NCBI GenBank assembly: GCA_964419495.1
Contig: CAYQQX010000004.1
Coordinates: 5,165 to 69,164 of the forward strand
Direction: 5' to 3'
DNA: 64,000 nucleotides
Origin: an uncultured Anaerolineales bacterium
Lineage (GTDB): Bacteria > Chloroflexota > Anaerolineae > Anaerolineales > UBA11858
Below are positions 1 to 9,837 of this stretch, in pieces; position 1 is the first letter of the stretch, and each line of letters begins with the position of its first letter. The notes below the pieces were generated by a model that saw only the letters and a list, made by a program, of their open reading frames with translations, did no database searches and had not been told where the DNA came from. Both the position numbers and the translations under genes were made by a program.

Positions 1-1679
1 AGCACATCCTGCACAAAATCAAAGGTTGAGCGTTTTCCTCGTTTTGATCCCCAGTTATCGTATTCACCAGGACCAATGTATATCATCGGTCCGTTGGGAT
101 CATGGACCCAGAAATCGTCACCAGCCCCCTTGGGATTCCATACCCCACTGGCGATATCGTCGTCTGTAAAATCACCTAAATGATGTTGGGAACTGACTGC
201 CAGAGTCAGCGCTTCAGGAGTCCAGGTGAAATTGGGGTACAGTAAACCTTGCTCCCCTTGCGTAAGGGTCTCCCATTGATCATGGTCATCCCACACCAGG
301 CCGCCGGCATTCTCACTGATCGCCGTAGTAACCTGGCCACCCAGGTAGCGGATATCGGCATAGTTGTCTTGCCCATCCTTGTCCCAGCCACCTTCTTGAT
401 GGGCGTCGATCTCGTAACCATAGCGCTCCGCCAGGAAATCGAGCACATTTTGTCCCTGGGTAGAGGACTGCATGCCCGCAGTTTCGCAGCTTGAGACTCC
501 CAGGAAGAATTCATAATCGATTTGCAGGTTGATAGCAGCTTGGTAGGGGGCAAATGCTTCGGCAAACTGCAGTAATTTTTCACGAAAATCTGGGTAGGCC
601 TGGCAATTTGCGTAGACGGGCACATCTTCAATGTGCAGTGCAACAGTCAAATAGATAGGAGGTATGGGGGTGTCAGTTTGTGAGATATTCTGCTGCTCAG
701 GCTGGGATAGTGAAGTTTCGGATTTGTTCGTGATGAGATGTTGATCAAAGAAGTCGATCACCATCTTTGAGATGGTTCTCAAATCCGGATTGAGCTCGCC
801 GTCACCCACGCGGGAGAATCCGTGCCCGGCATTTTCGACCACGACTAAGGTTGACTCCAGTCCTGCGCTGATCAAAGCTTCGTGAAGGATTTCAGATTGA
901 CTGAGAGGTACGACATTGTCTTTGTCGCCGTGAAGGATCAAGAATGGCGGATCATCTTGGTTGATGTGCGTTATCGGGCTGGCATTTGTAATAATCTCAG
1001 CATCGCAACTTGAAGCCCCAAATACAGGCTCGAGCTTCGAAGGAATACAAAAGGCGAGGCTATCCGTGGGGCCGAATAGATCTACAACAGCCTGAACGCG
1101 GCTGGAATACTCTAAGTGTTCTCCCGAACCTTCCAAGCCCGCAGATGGATCGCTGGTGCCTAACAAGGCGACTAAGTGTCCTCCCGCGCTGCCACCAAAG
1201 GCGCCAATGCGTTCGGGATCAAGATTGTATGTGGCCGCATTAGCACGCAGATAACGGACAGCGCATTTGACATCTTCAATGTGGGCTGGAAATTGATGAT
1301 CAGGCGAAAGTCGGTAGTTGATAGATGTCACCAGGAATCCCTGTCTGCGCAAAGGTTCGATTAGCCGTTGGCCAGCACCGCCAGATTTATCACCCCCAAC
1401 CCAGCCGCCGCCGTGAACGTACATCGTCGCAGGCCAAGGTCCATCGAGATCATCAGGGTAGTAAACGTCCATCAGCAGCGATTCGCCATTCGCGGTGCAG
1501 TAGGTGATATCTTTTTCCGTTGTGCCCAATTTCGAGGTATCAAATTCAAGGTTTTGTTCTTCTGCAATTTCAATTGGAGCAGCATCACCTATATTGTCGT
1601 TGACGGCTTTTGTTGCATTACAGGCGATAATCATGCTGCTGATTACGATTGCTGATAAAAATATTCGATTCATGTTCAT
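1..1679 (-). CDS. Secreted alpha/beta-hydrolase (fold-3 esterase/lipase type) fused to a C-terminal domain paralogous to ORF 9838..11616; 3' end runs off the window
   Basis: Frame is open to the left edge, so it is absent from the track. ATG at 1679 with signal-like MNMNRIFLSAIVISSMIIAC. HGGGW oxyanion motif, GGSAGG nucleophile elbow, LHGDKDNVVP, GHGF. Residues after ~330 align with both halves of 9838..11616. Confidence 0.8.
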   Translation of the reverse strand, partial: MNMNRIFLSAIVISSMIIACNATKAVNDNIGDAAPIEIAEEQNLEFDTSKLGTTEKDITYCTANGESLLMDVYYPDDLDGPWPATMYVHGGGWVGGDKSGGAGQRLIEPLRRQGFLVTSINYRLSPDHQFPAHIEDVKCAVRYLRANAATYNLDPERIGAFGGSAGGHLVALLGTSDPSAGLEGSGEHLEYSSRVQAVVDLFGPTDSLAFCIPSKLEPVFGASSCDAEIITNASPITHINQDDPPFLILHGDKDNVVPLSQSEILHEALISAGLESTLVVVENAGHGFSRVGDGELNPDLRTISKMVIDFFDQHLITNKSETSLSQPEQQNISQTDTPIPPIYLTVALHIEDVPVYANCQAYPDFREKLLQFAEAFAPYQAAINLQIDYEFFLGVSSCETAGMQSSTQGQNVLDFLAERYGYEIDAHQEGGWDKDGQDNYADIRYLGGQVTTAISENAGGLVWDDHDQWETLTQGEQGLLYPNFTWTPEALTLAVSSQHHLGDFTDDDIASGVWNPKGAGDDFWVHDPNGPMIYIGPGEYDNWGSKRGKRSTFDFVQDV

Positions 1680-1691
1680 ATCCTATGTGAA

Positions 1692-3752
1692 CTATTGATC
1701 AGTGTTTTCGATAATGTCTGCAAGCTTGGCTCGGGCTGTTTCCCAAACGTCGGGATCAGTGGACCAACTGATATCTGTGTACACCCAGGTAGGATCTTCG
1801 GGGTCGTCTACACCGTATTCCCATAAAACCTTGGGGATGATTTCTTCAACGATTTCTCGAGTTTTGGCGGGATCAATGGCTGCGGCCAAGGTCAGGTAGT
1901 CCACATCTTGCAAGCCGCGTCGAATTAGTTTCAGACGCAGTGAGGCAAGAGGTCCATTTACGTCATAACTCTCGTCGGGGAAAAATGTGTCCGTGCCAGG
2001 GTAGAACAGAATGCCATCCCCGTTGGTGTAATTCCAGCCGGTCTGACCCAGCTCGGGATCGTCTTCTTCATAACAGCCAAAAGTTTGTGCTCTTTGAAAT
2101 ACGTTGGTGTATGCTTCGGTTTCATTGCCATAGCACTGGAAGTTGTTGTAATAGGTCGACTCCCAATAGAACCAGCGATCAATCGATATTTTATACTGTG
2201 CCCAGGCAGATGCGCGCAAACCCACTCCATCATCTTCGATGGCATAGGTGCCGGAGCCAGGGCGTCCGCCATTGTAATAATAGAAATTTTTATCGGGATC
2301 GTTTAGATATCCCTCGACAGCAGGCGCCCATGTTAGGGGATCAGCGACCAGCACGAAGGAAGTCGGAATATCCAGCGAGGGGACATAGGCGGCCGCCAAA
2401 GGAGCGTCCAAGGTGGCCAGTGATTGCAGCTTGGCACCAGGTCCAAGGTTGTTATCCATCCAGCTGGCCCACTGCTCAATTTCCTCGAACTCATCAGATT
2501 CATCTATAAGATAAAGAAAATAATCCGTTGGTGTCTCCAGGGGATGCACATCAAACCAGTTGACCCACTCATCGGTATTAGCCCACATAGCCAATTGGCC
2601 GAATCCCATCCACGGCCAATCGCCGTAGGTGCCGATGGAATATACATTGTTGCCCACTCCTTCACCGACCCCAGCATAGCCATCGTCGTTAGTAAAAAGC
2701 TCACCACTCAGCCGATGATGCCAGACCTTTTCCATGAGATCTGGGGGGATATAACTATCGATCAATGATATTTTGTGCCTGTGTGCCATCTGGAAATGAC
2801 GATCCGCCAGCAGTTGAGATTGTGCATAAGCATCCGTTTTAGGGGCTGGATAGATATGTTGTGCTCCCAGGTAGCGCTCGTTGATATTTTCGATGCTGTA
2901 GTAAACCATCGTCAGCGCACTGGGATAATCTGGCAGGGCAAAGTCACGCACCTCAAGTTGTATGGGGATTTTCCAGCTCTGGTTGCCATCTTCTACAATA
3001 GTGATGGTGCCAGTATAGATTCCAGCAGGCGAATTCTTGGGAATATAGATATCTCCCCATATGGATTGATTTGTGCCTGTTGCAATCGTAAAGGGTGTTT
3101 CCAATTCCAGGGGCACAGCAATATCAGGATAGCGTTGGTTATGACACGGTCGATCATCCCAGTTTCCAGAGCCATCGCCATACTCATCGTAAGGTCGACG
3201 GCAGCGCTCGGGGATATGCCGCTCGTCATAGGTCTCATAGGTTAGTGTGCTCAGTCCCTGGATTTCGAGATAGCGCACAAAAAATAATTCGATATTGCGA
3301 CCCACGTAATGGAAAAGTTGATCTCCAGATGCTGGGGTTGTGTTGATCGCCGCACCCGAGGGATGGGTTAGTTCTGTAAAGGTTATCTCAATATTCTTGG
3401 AATCTGCATTTGGGGATTCCAGCACAAGGTTGAAGCTGACCACCTCATTGCGCGCCCCAAACAGCGAGACACTCGATCCATCCCAGACTGAATTGACAAC
3501 CGAGTTAGGGTCCATGCTGGCGCGTAGTTCGCTTTGAGTAACTTTGTCGCTGCCTTCGTTTGCCCAAATGTGTATGGTGGCATATGTGGAATCTATATGC
3601 GTTTCTGGCTTAGTAGGAAATGTATTAGATAGCTGGTTTGGCTGTGGTTCAAAATCTGGGACAGGGGTGGTGGCACATGCCTGAAAGATAAGCAAAAGGG
3701 AAGTCAGTATTATCAGGATTTGAAGTTTCTTCTCCATACTGCATATCTCCAT
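1692..3752 (-). CDS. Lipoprotein, putative glycoside hydrolase (DUF4091/GH123-like)
   Basis: 686-aa ORF with lipobox LLIFQAC. Likely true start is M6 (3737), 8 nt after GGAGA. The segment [32 protein letters not shown] matches the pattern I recall for DUF4091-type glycosidases; no search was run. Confidence 0.6.
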   Translation of the reverse strand: MEICSMEKKLQILIILTSLLLIFQACATTPVPDFEPQPNQLSNTFPTKPETHIDSTYATIHIWANEGSDKVTQSELRASMDPNSVVNSVWDGSSVSLFGARNEVVSFNLVLESPNADSKNIEITFTELTHPSGAAINTTPASGDQLFHYVGRNIELFFVRYLEIQGLSTLTYETYDERHIPERCRRPYDEYGDGSGNWDDRPCHNQRYPDIAVPLELETPFTIATGTNQSIWGDIYIPKNSPAGIYTGTITIVEDGNQSWKIPIQLEVRDFALPDYPSALTMVYYSIENINERYLGAQHIYPAPKTDAYAQSQLLADRHFQMAHRHKISLIDSYIPPDLMEKVWHHRLSGELFTNDDGYAGVGEGVGNNVYSIGTYGDWPWMGFGQLAMWANTDEWVNWFDVHPLETPTDYFLYLIDESDEFEEIEQWASWMDNNLGPGAKLQSLATLDAPLAAAYVPSLDIPTSFVLVADPLTWAPAVEGYLNDPDKNFYYYNGGRPGSGTYAIEDDGVGLRASAWAQYKISIDRWFYWESTYYNNFQCYGNETEAYTNVFQRAQTFGCYEEDDPELGQTGWNYTNGDGILFYPGTDTFFPDESYDVNGPLASLRLKLIRRGLQDVDYLTLAAAIDPAKTREIVEEIIPKVLWEYGVDDPEDPTWVYTDISWSTDPDVWETARAKLADIIENTDQ

Positions 3753-3780
3753 GTGTAATGTTTAGTTTGTTGTTGATACA

Positions 3781-3966
3781 GTCCGGCCACGCACTGGGAT
3801 AAATTCCCAGTGCTACCGAACAACGTCCGATTGCCGGCATCGAAGACGGCCCTGCGGCCGGCACGCCTGCCCGAAGGGCCGCAAAGCGTGGTGATTGGGC
3901 TTGGAAGCAAGGCGACCAAACCGGATTCATCCGATGTGTATACTAGCCCTGGAAATCATTCCAGGG
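3781..3966 (-). other. GC-rich multi-hairpin leader/intergenic element of unknown class
   Basis: About 185 nt, much GC-richer than its flanks. At least five stable local hairpins, e.g. ccctggaa/ttccaggg (3947-3966), cactggga/tcccagtg (3792-3812), a gccc-UUCG-gggc tetraloop and tgccggc/gccggca. Lies between two minus-strand genes. Confidence 0.3.
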
Positions 3967-4030
3967 TGAAAGGCGATTTTTAGAACGACAATAAAAAAAC
4001 TCAAAAGTCATCGAACCGCATGTGGATTTA

Positions 4031-5104
4031 TCACGGCCAGGGTTCGACATATTGATCTAAAGCCCGGTTGCTGACGAAGGGCACAAAGCCCAAGGCTCGC
4101 GAAGTCTCATAAACCCAGGCGATGTTCTCCTCATCCAGGGCATAATCGACGGTGAAGATGGGAATTCCCTTATCCTGGGCCAGGCTTAAATATTCTAGAT
4201 ATTCTTCGCTGCTCATGTGCAGGGTGCTCTCGGAAAATTCGTCGTATTGTATCTGGCAAGCCTTGGGTAAACTTTGGCGATAAGCCTCTGTATCAACATC
4301 ATCATAGGTACGTGGTAATGGACAATCCCCTGGCGGATGGTTGTCCGCCCCGCCGTCGAACCAGATTTGCTCTTGGGCAATGGTGTCGATGATCTCGACA
4401 TACTCATCATATTCTGCCAGCTCAGCTGCGTTCTGGGCAATAACGATGAATTCCGGATTGCGTGTACGCCCAAATTCCACGATATCCATCACCCACCAGA
4501 TCATCTCCTGCACCGGGTCGACATTTTTGGCTTCGGCGAAGGCGATCACGCTCTCATCGGAATAGGCTTCGACCCAATCCAGGTGCACCCCATTGAAGCC
4601 ATCGTCGATGATCTGCTGAAGAAGGCCCTCTGCACCGAGCCAGATCTCCCGATATTCGTCGTACCAATAAGCCACCGGGTAGTTGCCCTCCCAGCCATCG
4701 GGATCGCTGGACACGATCCACTCTGGGTATCCAATTTTCCAGCCTTCTAGCCAATAGGTGCGATAATCCTCAGCCTGTCCTGTATTGATATAGGCAATGA
4801 CCAGCTTGGGGTGTTCGGCAGCATGAAAGCGTTCAGCAACCTCAGCCATGGGGAAGTCGGTATTGTAGGCTTCAGATGGAATGTAATCAAGCACAACCAT
4901 GTCGTAGGTTGATTCTTCGATCTGTGCGATGGTGTCTTCGTATAAATTGACATCGATAAGGTAGAGCCAGTGCGAAACTTCTTCCAAGGGCTTTTTTTCA
5001 GGACCACCCTGATCATTTGCGCTTTTGCCCAGGGGAGTTGGTTGGAAAGCACATGCCATGGAGAACAGCATGATTGATATACTGAGCAGAATGGGATGTC
5101 TCAA
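4031..5104 (-). CDS. Lipoprotein, GH114-like / TM1410-MJ1477 family putative glycoside hydrolase (endo-alpha-1,4-polygalactosaminidase-like)
   Basis: 357 aa with signal plus lipobox FSMAC. TIM-barrel strand-end motifs VVLDY, LVIAYINTGQAEDYRTYW and GVHLDWVEAY are typical of this family. Confidence 0.7.
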   Translation of the reverse strand: MRHPILLSISIMLFSMACAFQPTPLGKSANDQGGPEKKPLEEVSHWLYLIDVNLYEDTIAQIEESTYDMVVLDYIPSEAYNTDFPMAEVAERFHAAEHPKLVIAYINTGQAEDYRTYWLEGWKIGYPEWIVSSDPDGWEGNYPVAYWYDEYREIWLGAEGLLQQIIDDGFNGVHLDWVEAYSDESVIAFAEAKNVDPVQEMIWWVMDIVEFGRTRNPEFIVIAQNAAELAEYDEYVEIIDTIAQEQIWFDGGADNHPPGDCPLPRTYDDVDTEAYRQSLPKACQIQYDEFSESTLHMSSEEYLEYLSLAQDKGIPIFTVDYALDEENIAWVYETSRALGFVPFVSNRALDQYVEPWP

Positions 5105-5228
5105 ACCTGGCCTCCAAACTGGGGCAACCTGAAGGATGAACTAAATCTATTGTAGCTTATATTTTGCTCCCGCTGACCGATTAGGCGTATAATCTGTTTG
5201 AAATCTGGCTTTGAGAGGATTCTGCTAA

Positions 5229-5609
5229 ATGAGTTTCAATTGCCCGAAATGTAAAACCGCTGGCACGCTGACAATAAGCCATTCCATAGAATTGCCACCT
5301 GATGCTCGCTCGGATGAAATCGCTCTCCAACTGGTGGCTTGCTCTGTGGATGAATGTGGCTTTCGAGGGGTTGCCATCTATGAAGAATCCCGCCGCGGAT
5401 CGTTAGGCTCAGATCATTGGGATCATACTGGATATATCGTTTCTGACGAAGTATTTGAAATGCTCCGAACTGCAATTGCTGGTTGTCCTGAACCATCGAT
5501 AGCGAGTTGCAAGTGTGACAGCTACCAAAATCTTGGCAAGGGTTCCCCTGCAGGACGTTGGCAGCCGCCGGAAGGAATCGAGTGGGGGAGCGCATTTCCG
5601 ATCGAATAA
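5229..5609 (+). CDS. Hypothetical Cys-rich (zinc-ribbon-like) protein
   Basis: 126-aa ORF with cysteine pairs CPKC...CSVDEC...CKC. No recognisable family. Confidence 0.45.
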   Translation: MSFNCPKCKTAGTLTISHSIELPPDARSDEIALQLVACSVDECGFRGVAIYEESRRGSLGSDHWDHTGYIVSDEVFEMLRTAIAGCPEPSIASCKCDSYQNLGKGSPAGRWQPPEGIEWGSAFPIE

Positions 5610-5657
5610 ATAATTGCGAAACTAGATGCCAATTTGAATCCAGATTGCTTAGATTGT

Positions 5658-5723
5658 TCACTTCGCTATGTTCAGAATGACAAAAAATTCTATCACCTGT
5701 CACTCTAAGCGCAGCGAAGAGTC
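5658..5723. repeat. Palindromic intergenic repeat, 'gtcattctga..gcagcgaag' family
   Basis: Arms tcacttcgctatgttcagaatgaca (5658-5682) and tgtcactctaagcgcagcgaagagtc (5698-5723) are imperfect reverse complements. The same motif occurs at 43565-43684, with a variant at 60282-60357. Confidence 0.7.
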
Positions 5724-5819
5724 TCCTGTACTTCAGATGGAAAGCACTGCAAGTGCAGGTGTAAGCATCGCTCTTCTGCTTCAAGCACTCTCAGGATGTC
5801 AGTGGCAAGAAATATGAAC

Positions 5820-6131
5820 TCAAGTTGCCACCAACCGGGGTAACATTCTGAGCGGAGCTGCAATGCCGTCCTGGTCATGACTGCGTATAGCCAATGCATT
5901 GGTTCCTTTTTGTGCGGTATAAGATACCACCTCGATATCGACCTTATTGTGCATCAAAGGTTTCCAGCCGCGGTCTCCATCTTCGAAGCCGAAGTTGGAG
6001 AGTTGATTGGGCGAATTGGGAGTGCTTGCCTGGGAAAGATCGCGCACAACCTGGGGTAAGGCAGCCTTGATGGGGAGTGCCTCTTGATTGATTGTCAGGG
6101 AGGTCGCTATGCTGGCTGGATCGAAAACCAA
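5820..6131 (-). pseudogene. Fragment of a carbohydrate-binding-module (CBM4_9-like) protein
   Basis: 103-aa ORF with SNFGFEDGDRGWKP...TNALAIRS, and no signal peptide or catalytic domain. Plausible continuation (GWWQLEFIFLATD) lies in another frame (5705..5899) and abuts the palindromic repeat. Confidence 0.35.
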
Positions 6132-6296
6132 TTTCAGTCCATCTTGCGTGGCAAGCTGAGCGCTGCCATCAGATTTCCTTTTTGTCTAATTTGGTGTTGG
6201 ATGATAGGCTTAGCATACCCCCCTAATGTATTTATCTAGATATCAGACTGTAAAGAGTTTGTAAATTTCTGAAATATTTTCCTGCCGTTTTTCCTG

Positions 6297-7655
6297 CTAA
6301 TTTGTGAAAGGGCAGATGTCCTCAGGGAGATAAATGCGACCCCAACCATAGAAACCACCCCCTAGTGGATTCAAGATTTCTGCTTGGTTTTCATCGGCAA
6401 AGGCGATTGCTGCCTGACAGGCTGATTTTATTTCTTCGCTAGCAGAATATTCTTCCCAGAAAGCCGTCGCCATTTGGGCAAATGCGTTGCCAGGAGTGCC
6501 GGATGGAAATTTTTCGATCAGCGTTTCGTAGACAATCGTTGCTTCGGGAACGTATTCTTGGAAAGTGTGCAAGAGCATGATCCGATAGCGGGAATAGGCG
6601 CTCAGGCGGGCGCGTTCGTCAGGATCAGGGGTGGGTGTTTCCTTGGGTTGATACGCTGGGGAAGATGAGCGACCTTCGCTCCAGCCTAAGAGTTTTTCGT
6701 CGAAGATTGCTTGCTGGTAGAAGGCCAGCGCGGCGTCGTAGTCCTGGCATTGTGCAGCATCATCGCCGTCCTGCATCGCCTGAAAACGGAATTTTGGCGC
6801 TGTCGCCGATTTCTGACATGACAGCGCAAAGCCTACCCCATCCCAAGACCATGTTTCTGTGCGGGTGCGCTCCAGGATGCTGACCTCGGGACCGCGTCCA
6901 AGACCATGATTAGTCACCAACTTGAAGATGCCATCTGAGTCCGTATCGCTGATCTCGAGGTCACCATTATGGATTTCAATTGTGTTGGGATAACTCTGCG
7001 AATTACTCTCGACCAGATTCGATAGCTGGCTGCCATCCCACTCAAAGATCTGAACATTGCGGGTGAAATTAACGTGCGTTCCGACCACCCAGATTTGTGA
7101 AATGACGATCTCTGGTATGCCATTGGCGTTCATATCGCGAATGGCGCGTATGCCATGGTCGGGTGAATCGCTGGAAAACAGATAGCCCAGTTGTGGTTCG
7201 GCGGCGATGGTTTCATAGTTGCCATCTTTGCACGTGAATACAAACATCGCACCATCGATATTCTCGCCGCTGAAAATCAGACCAAAATCGACAACTACTT
7301 CAGGGACATTATTCCCGGTGACATCGATTGAAAAAACTTGCGCAATAGCTGGCAGCTTTTCACCGTCCAAGTCGAATGGACCCTCTAGCGCAGGCTGCAA
7401 CTTATCTGCAGAGCCTCCGGAGTTAAGATACTCCAGAATTTGGGGTTGAAAGATTTCGATCAGATTGTTCCCCGGGCCGTCAAGAGAGAAGTCCGGGGAT
7501 TGATCACTCACAGTGGGGCAGGTAACCGTAGGGGTGGGGGGTGTGGTGGCTGCCAGGGAAGCTGCCCTAATCTCCATAGGAATCATGATGAAAACTAATA
7601 AGCTGACACCCAAGCAGATAATTTCTAGTAGGAGAAATTTATCTTTCGAAGTCAT
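6297..7655 (-). CDS. Membrane-anchored extracytoplasmic protein with FG-GAP/VCBS-like loops and TPR-like C-terminus
   Basis: 452 aa with an N-terminal TM helix. Asp-rich loops DVTGNNVPEVVVD, DMNANGIPEIVIS, SDTDSDGIF. The C-terminal helical part contains DYDAALAFYQQAI. Confidence 0.5.
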   Translation of the reverse strand: MTSKDKFLLLEIICLGVSLLVFIMIPMEIRAASLAATTPPTPTVTCPTVSDQSPDFSLDGPGNNLIEIFQPQILEYLNSGGSADKLQPALEGPFDLDGEKLPAIAQVFSIDVTGNNVPEVVVDFGLIFSGENIDGAMFVFTCKDGNYETIAAEPQLGYLFSSDSPDHGIRAIRDMNANGIPEIVISQIWVVGTHVNFTRNVQIFEWDGSQLSNLVESNSQSYPNTIEIHNGDLEISDTDSDGIFKLVTNHGLGRGPEVSILERTRTETWSWDGVGFALSCQKSATAPKFRFQAMQDGDDAAQCQDYDAALAFYQQAIFDEKLLGWSEGRSSSPAYQPKETPTPDPDERARLSAYSRYRIMLLHTFQEYVPEATIVYETLIEKFPSGTPGNAFAQMATAFWEEYSASEEIKSACQAAIAFADENQAEILNPLGGGFYGWGRIYLPEDICPFTN

Positions 7656-7746
7656 AGCTCTTACTCAAGTCTACATTTTCCAGTTTTCAGGAGATCGTTG
7701 TATTTCAAAGTTTCTGAAAACCTACTGACCACTACCCACCTCTCTA

Positions 7747-9738
7747 TCACTGCCCTCCGCCAGGATTGACTTTGTAGACAATCACAAAGCCCTGATCGGT
7801 AGCCGCCACTGAAGGATCACAGAGGATCATGCCGCTGCGGCTGGTATCCTGAATAACTCCTTGTTTCAGCAGCGCGAAATCTAAACCATCCTGGCTTTCG
7901 AAGACAGTGATGCCCTGGGCGCAGTTGTACATGCGGATGCTGTCATCGGGCATAACAATCGAGCCAGGCACAGACCCGTTTTCCACACGCACGCCTTCGT
8001 CCGCAGTAAATTCCAGGCCGTCGGTGCTGCTGGCGCTGTAGATATCGCCGCCGTTTAAATACATGCGATAGCTGCCATCGGGGAGCTGGATTACGTCGGG
8101 ATCATAGATGTTGTCCATCCAGATGCGCACACCCTCCTCGAGGGTGAAGGTGATGCCGTCATCAGAGATGGCGCTGTAAATGGGGTGGGAGAGCTGACGC
8201 ACAGCGATATCGTAGAAGTACATGCGAATGCGGCCATCAGGAAGCTCGAAGGCGTCCGGGTCAACGGGAACGATGTCGCCTAGGCCTGTGAACTCTGCAT
8301 TTCCAAGCATTTCCCAAGATTGCCCATTATCATTACTGCGAGCAATGCCAATGCGCTCCATATTGGGTCCCGTCATGTAGGTGAAGTCGACCCAATATGC
8401 CCACAGCGTGCCATCGGAAGTACGTATCACTTCTGGAACGGAGGCTTTGTCAGCCAATAGAATGCCTTCGCTCCAGGTCAGGCCATCGTTTGAGGTGGCG
8501 TAAAAGGTCTGGTCTACAAAGGCATTGTGCCCACCACCAGGGCCTTCACCGGGCTCGCCAGGGGACATAAAGGCATCGCCCAGGCATTCCTGCAGGAAAG
8601 GTTCTTCGTCAGTTGTTGGCGGTCGCTGAAAGGTAGATATGTCTTCAAAAACGTCATCTCCCCAGGCATCACGCAGACAACTTTCTTGCTCAGCAGTCAT
8701 GTTTTCGAAGGGATTGAATTCAGGAACATGCTGCCCGCCGGGTGCCCCCCCAGGAGTTCCAAATTGTGCATCTTCATCTGGATTGACCAACGCAAAACCT
8801 GGACTGGCAACGATAACTTCGTCGCCCAAACCAACCGATTCGGCAGAGATCACGGTGCTGAAATCTGCAGCACTTAATGGATGCATGAGGTCATTGTGAA
8901 CAGCCCTGCGGATAACGGTTTTTCCGTTCTGGTCGATATGTGCGTAAGTCCAATATTCGCCGGTTGCCATATCGAAAAATCCCGAGGGTACACCCCCTGT
9001 GCCCTTGGTTAGCAAGCCATCGGGAAGAGAGGGTTCCAAAACGTACTCACCCTGGAGTTCTTTTGAGACCCAAACTGAAGTTGACGGCCCGTGGGAAACA
9101 TACAGCACAAATTGGTTGCCGTCAAAGAATATATCTGGGTCTGAGAACGATCTGAACTTAGAAGAATTGGAGAGAGTTATCGTAGCGCGTTGGTCCTCAT
9201 CAAGGGTGAACTCCGCGCCATCGCTGCCCTTTACTTCCGTAGCAGATCCAATCTCTCGCACGCAGCTTTCCTCGTCGGAAGAGCAGCCGGCGGGGTCCAT
9301 GCCGAGTTGACCATATAGGAAGAACATCACCAAGTTACCACCCTCATCGATGATCAGGGACGGATCGACATACCCGCCTTCGAGGCCAGGAATTTGAACC
9401 CGCACAGGGGGGTCGAGAGTGTCGCTTTCTAAATCGTAGCGCACCAATTCTCCTGGGGTGTAGACATAGAGCGTGTTGCCGCGCTGGATCACATCGGGAA
9501 CTGACCCTTGATAAGGCTCCCAACCAGGGATCAGGCTCCAATTCTCGCCATCATCGCTCTGTGCCAGGTAAACCATGTGGGACTGTGGATTGTGACAGTC
9601 AGTGCCATCTGATGTATCGCAGGCGTGAAAAGCCATCAGGTAGATCCCGGTGACCGCTCCTGAAGATGCCTGGATCGAAGATGGAAGGGCAATAGCTATT
9701 CCTGTAATTACGAATAAGAATACGGATAATCTCTTCAT
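7747..9738 (-). CDS. Secreted BNR/Asp-box beta-propeller protein (sialidase/glycosidase-like)
   Basis: 663 aa with a signal peptide. Asp-boxes SDDGENWS, SNDGLTWS, SNDNGQSW, SDDGITF and STDGLEF match SxDxGxTW. Confidence 0.7.
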   Translation of the reverse strand: MKRLSVFLFVITGIAIALPSSIQASSGAVTGIYLMAFHACDTSDGTDCHNPQSHMVYLAQSDDGENWSLIPGWEPYQGSVPDVIQRGNTLYVYTPGELVRYDLESDTLDPPVRVQIPGLEGGYVDPSLIIDEGGNLVMFFLYGQLGMDPAGCSSDEESCVREIGSATEVKGSDGAEFTLDEDQRATITLSNSSKFRSFSDPDIFFDGNQFVLYVSHGPSTSVWVSKELQGEYVLEPSLPDGLLTKGTGGVPSGFFDMATGEYWTYAHIDQNGKTVIRRAVHNDLMHPLSAADFSTVISAESVGLGDEVIVASPGFALVNPDEDAQFGTPGGAPGGQHVPEFNPFENMTAEQESCLRDAWGDDVFEDISTFQRPPTTDEEPFLQECLGDAFMSPGEPGEGPGGGHNAFVDQTFYATSNDGLTWSEGILLADKASVPEVIRTSDGTLWAYWVDFTYMTGPNMERIGIARSNDNGQSWEMLGNAEFTGLGDIVPVDPDAFELPDGRIRMYFYDIAVRQLSHPIYSAISDDGITFTLEEGVRIWMDNIYDPDVIQLPDGSYRMYLNGGDIYSASSTDGLEFTADEGVRVENGSVPGSIVMPDDSIRMYNCAQGITVFESQDGLDFALLKQGVIQDTSRSGMILCDPSVAATDQGFVIVYKVNPGGGQ

Positions 9739-9837
9739 GGTTGTTTCCTTAAATTATTATCAATTTCATATCGGAGTGATTATAGCCGAATTCTAAGGCC
9801 AATCATCAATACGGCTAGGAATTTCGCCTGCTTCTTT

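Noticed and set aside
206-1698. Track ORFs 206..643(-), 249..494(+), 1010..1243(+), 1176..1364(+), 1325..1507(+), 1368..1655(+), 1504..1698(+)
   Set aside because: All lie inside, or antisense to, the long edge-open esterase frame (1..1679, minus). Their translations are Arg/Ser/Cys-rich nonsense, whereas the minus frame has clear hydrolase motifs.
3781-3966. Identification of the GC-rich element as a cobalamin or c-di-GMP-I riboswitch, SRP RNA or 6S RNA
   Set aside because: Only short chance similarities were found (GAUGAAUCCGG, CACGCAC, CGCAAAGC, GGAAGCA). The B12 box, GCCACUG core, GEMM tetraloop-receptor layout and SRP helix-8 motif are all absent. It is kept only as an unclassified structured element.
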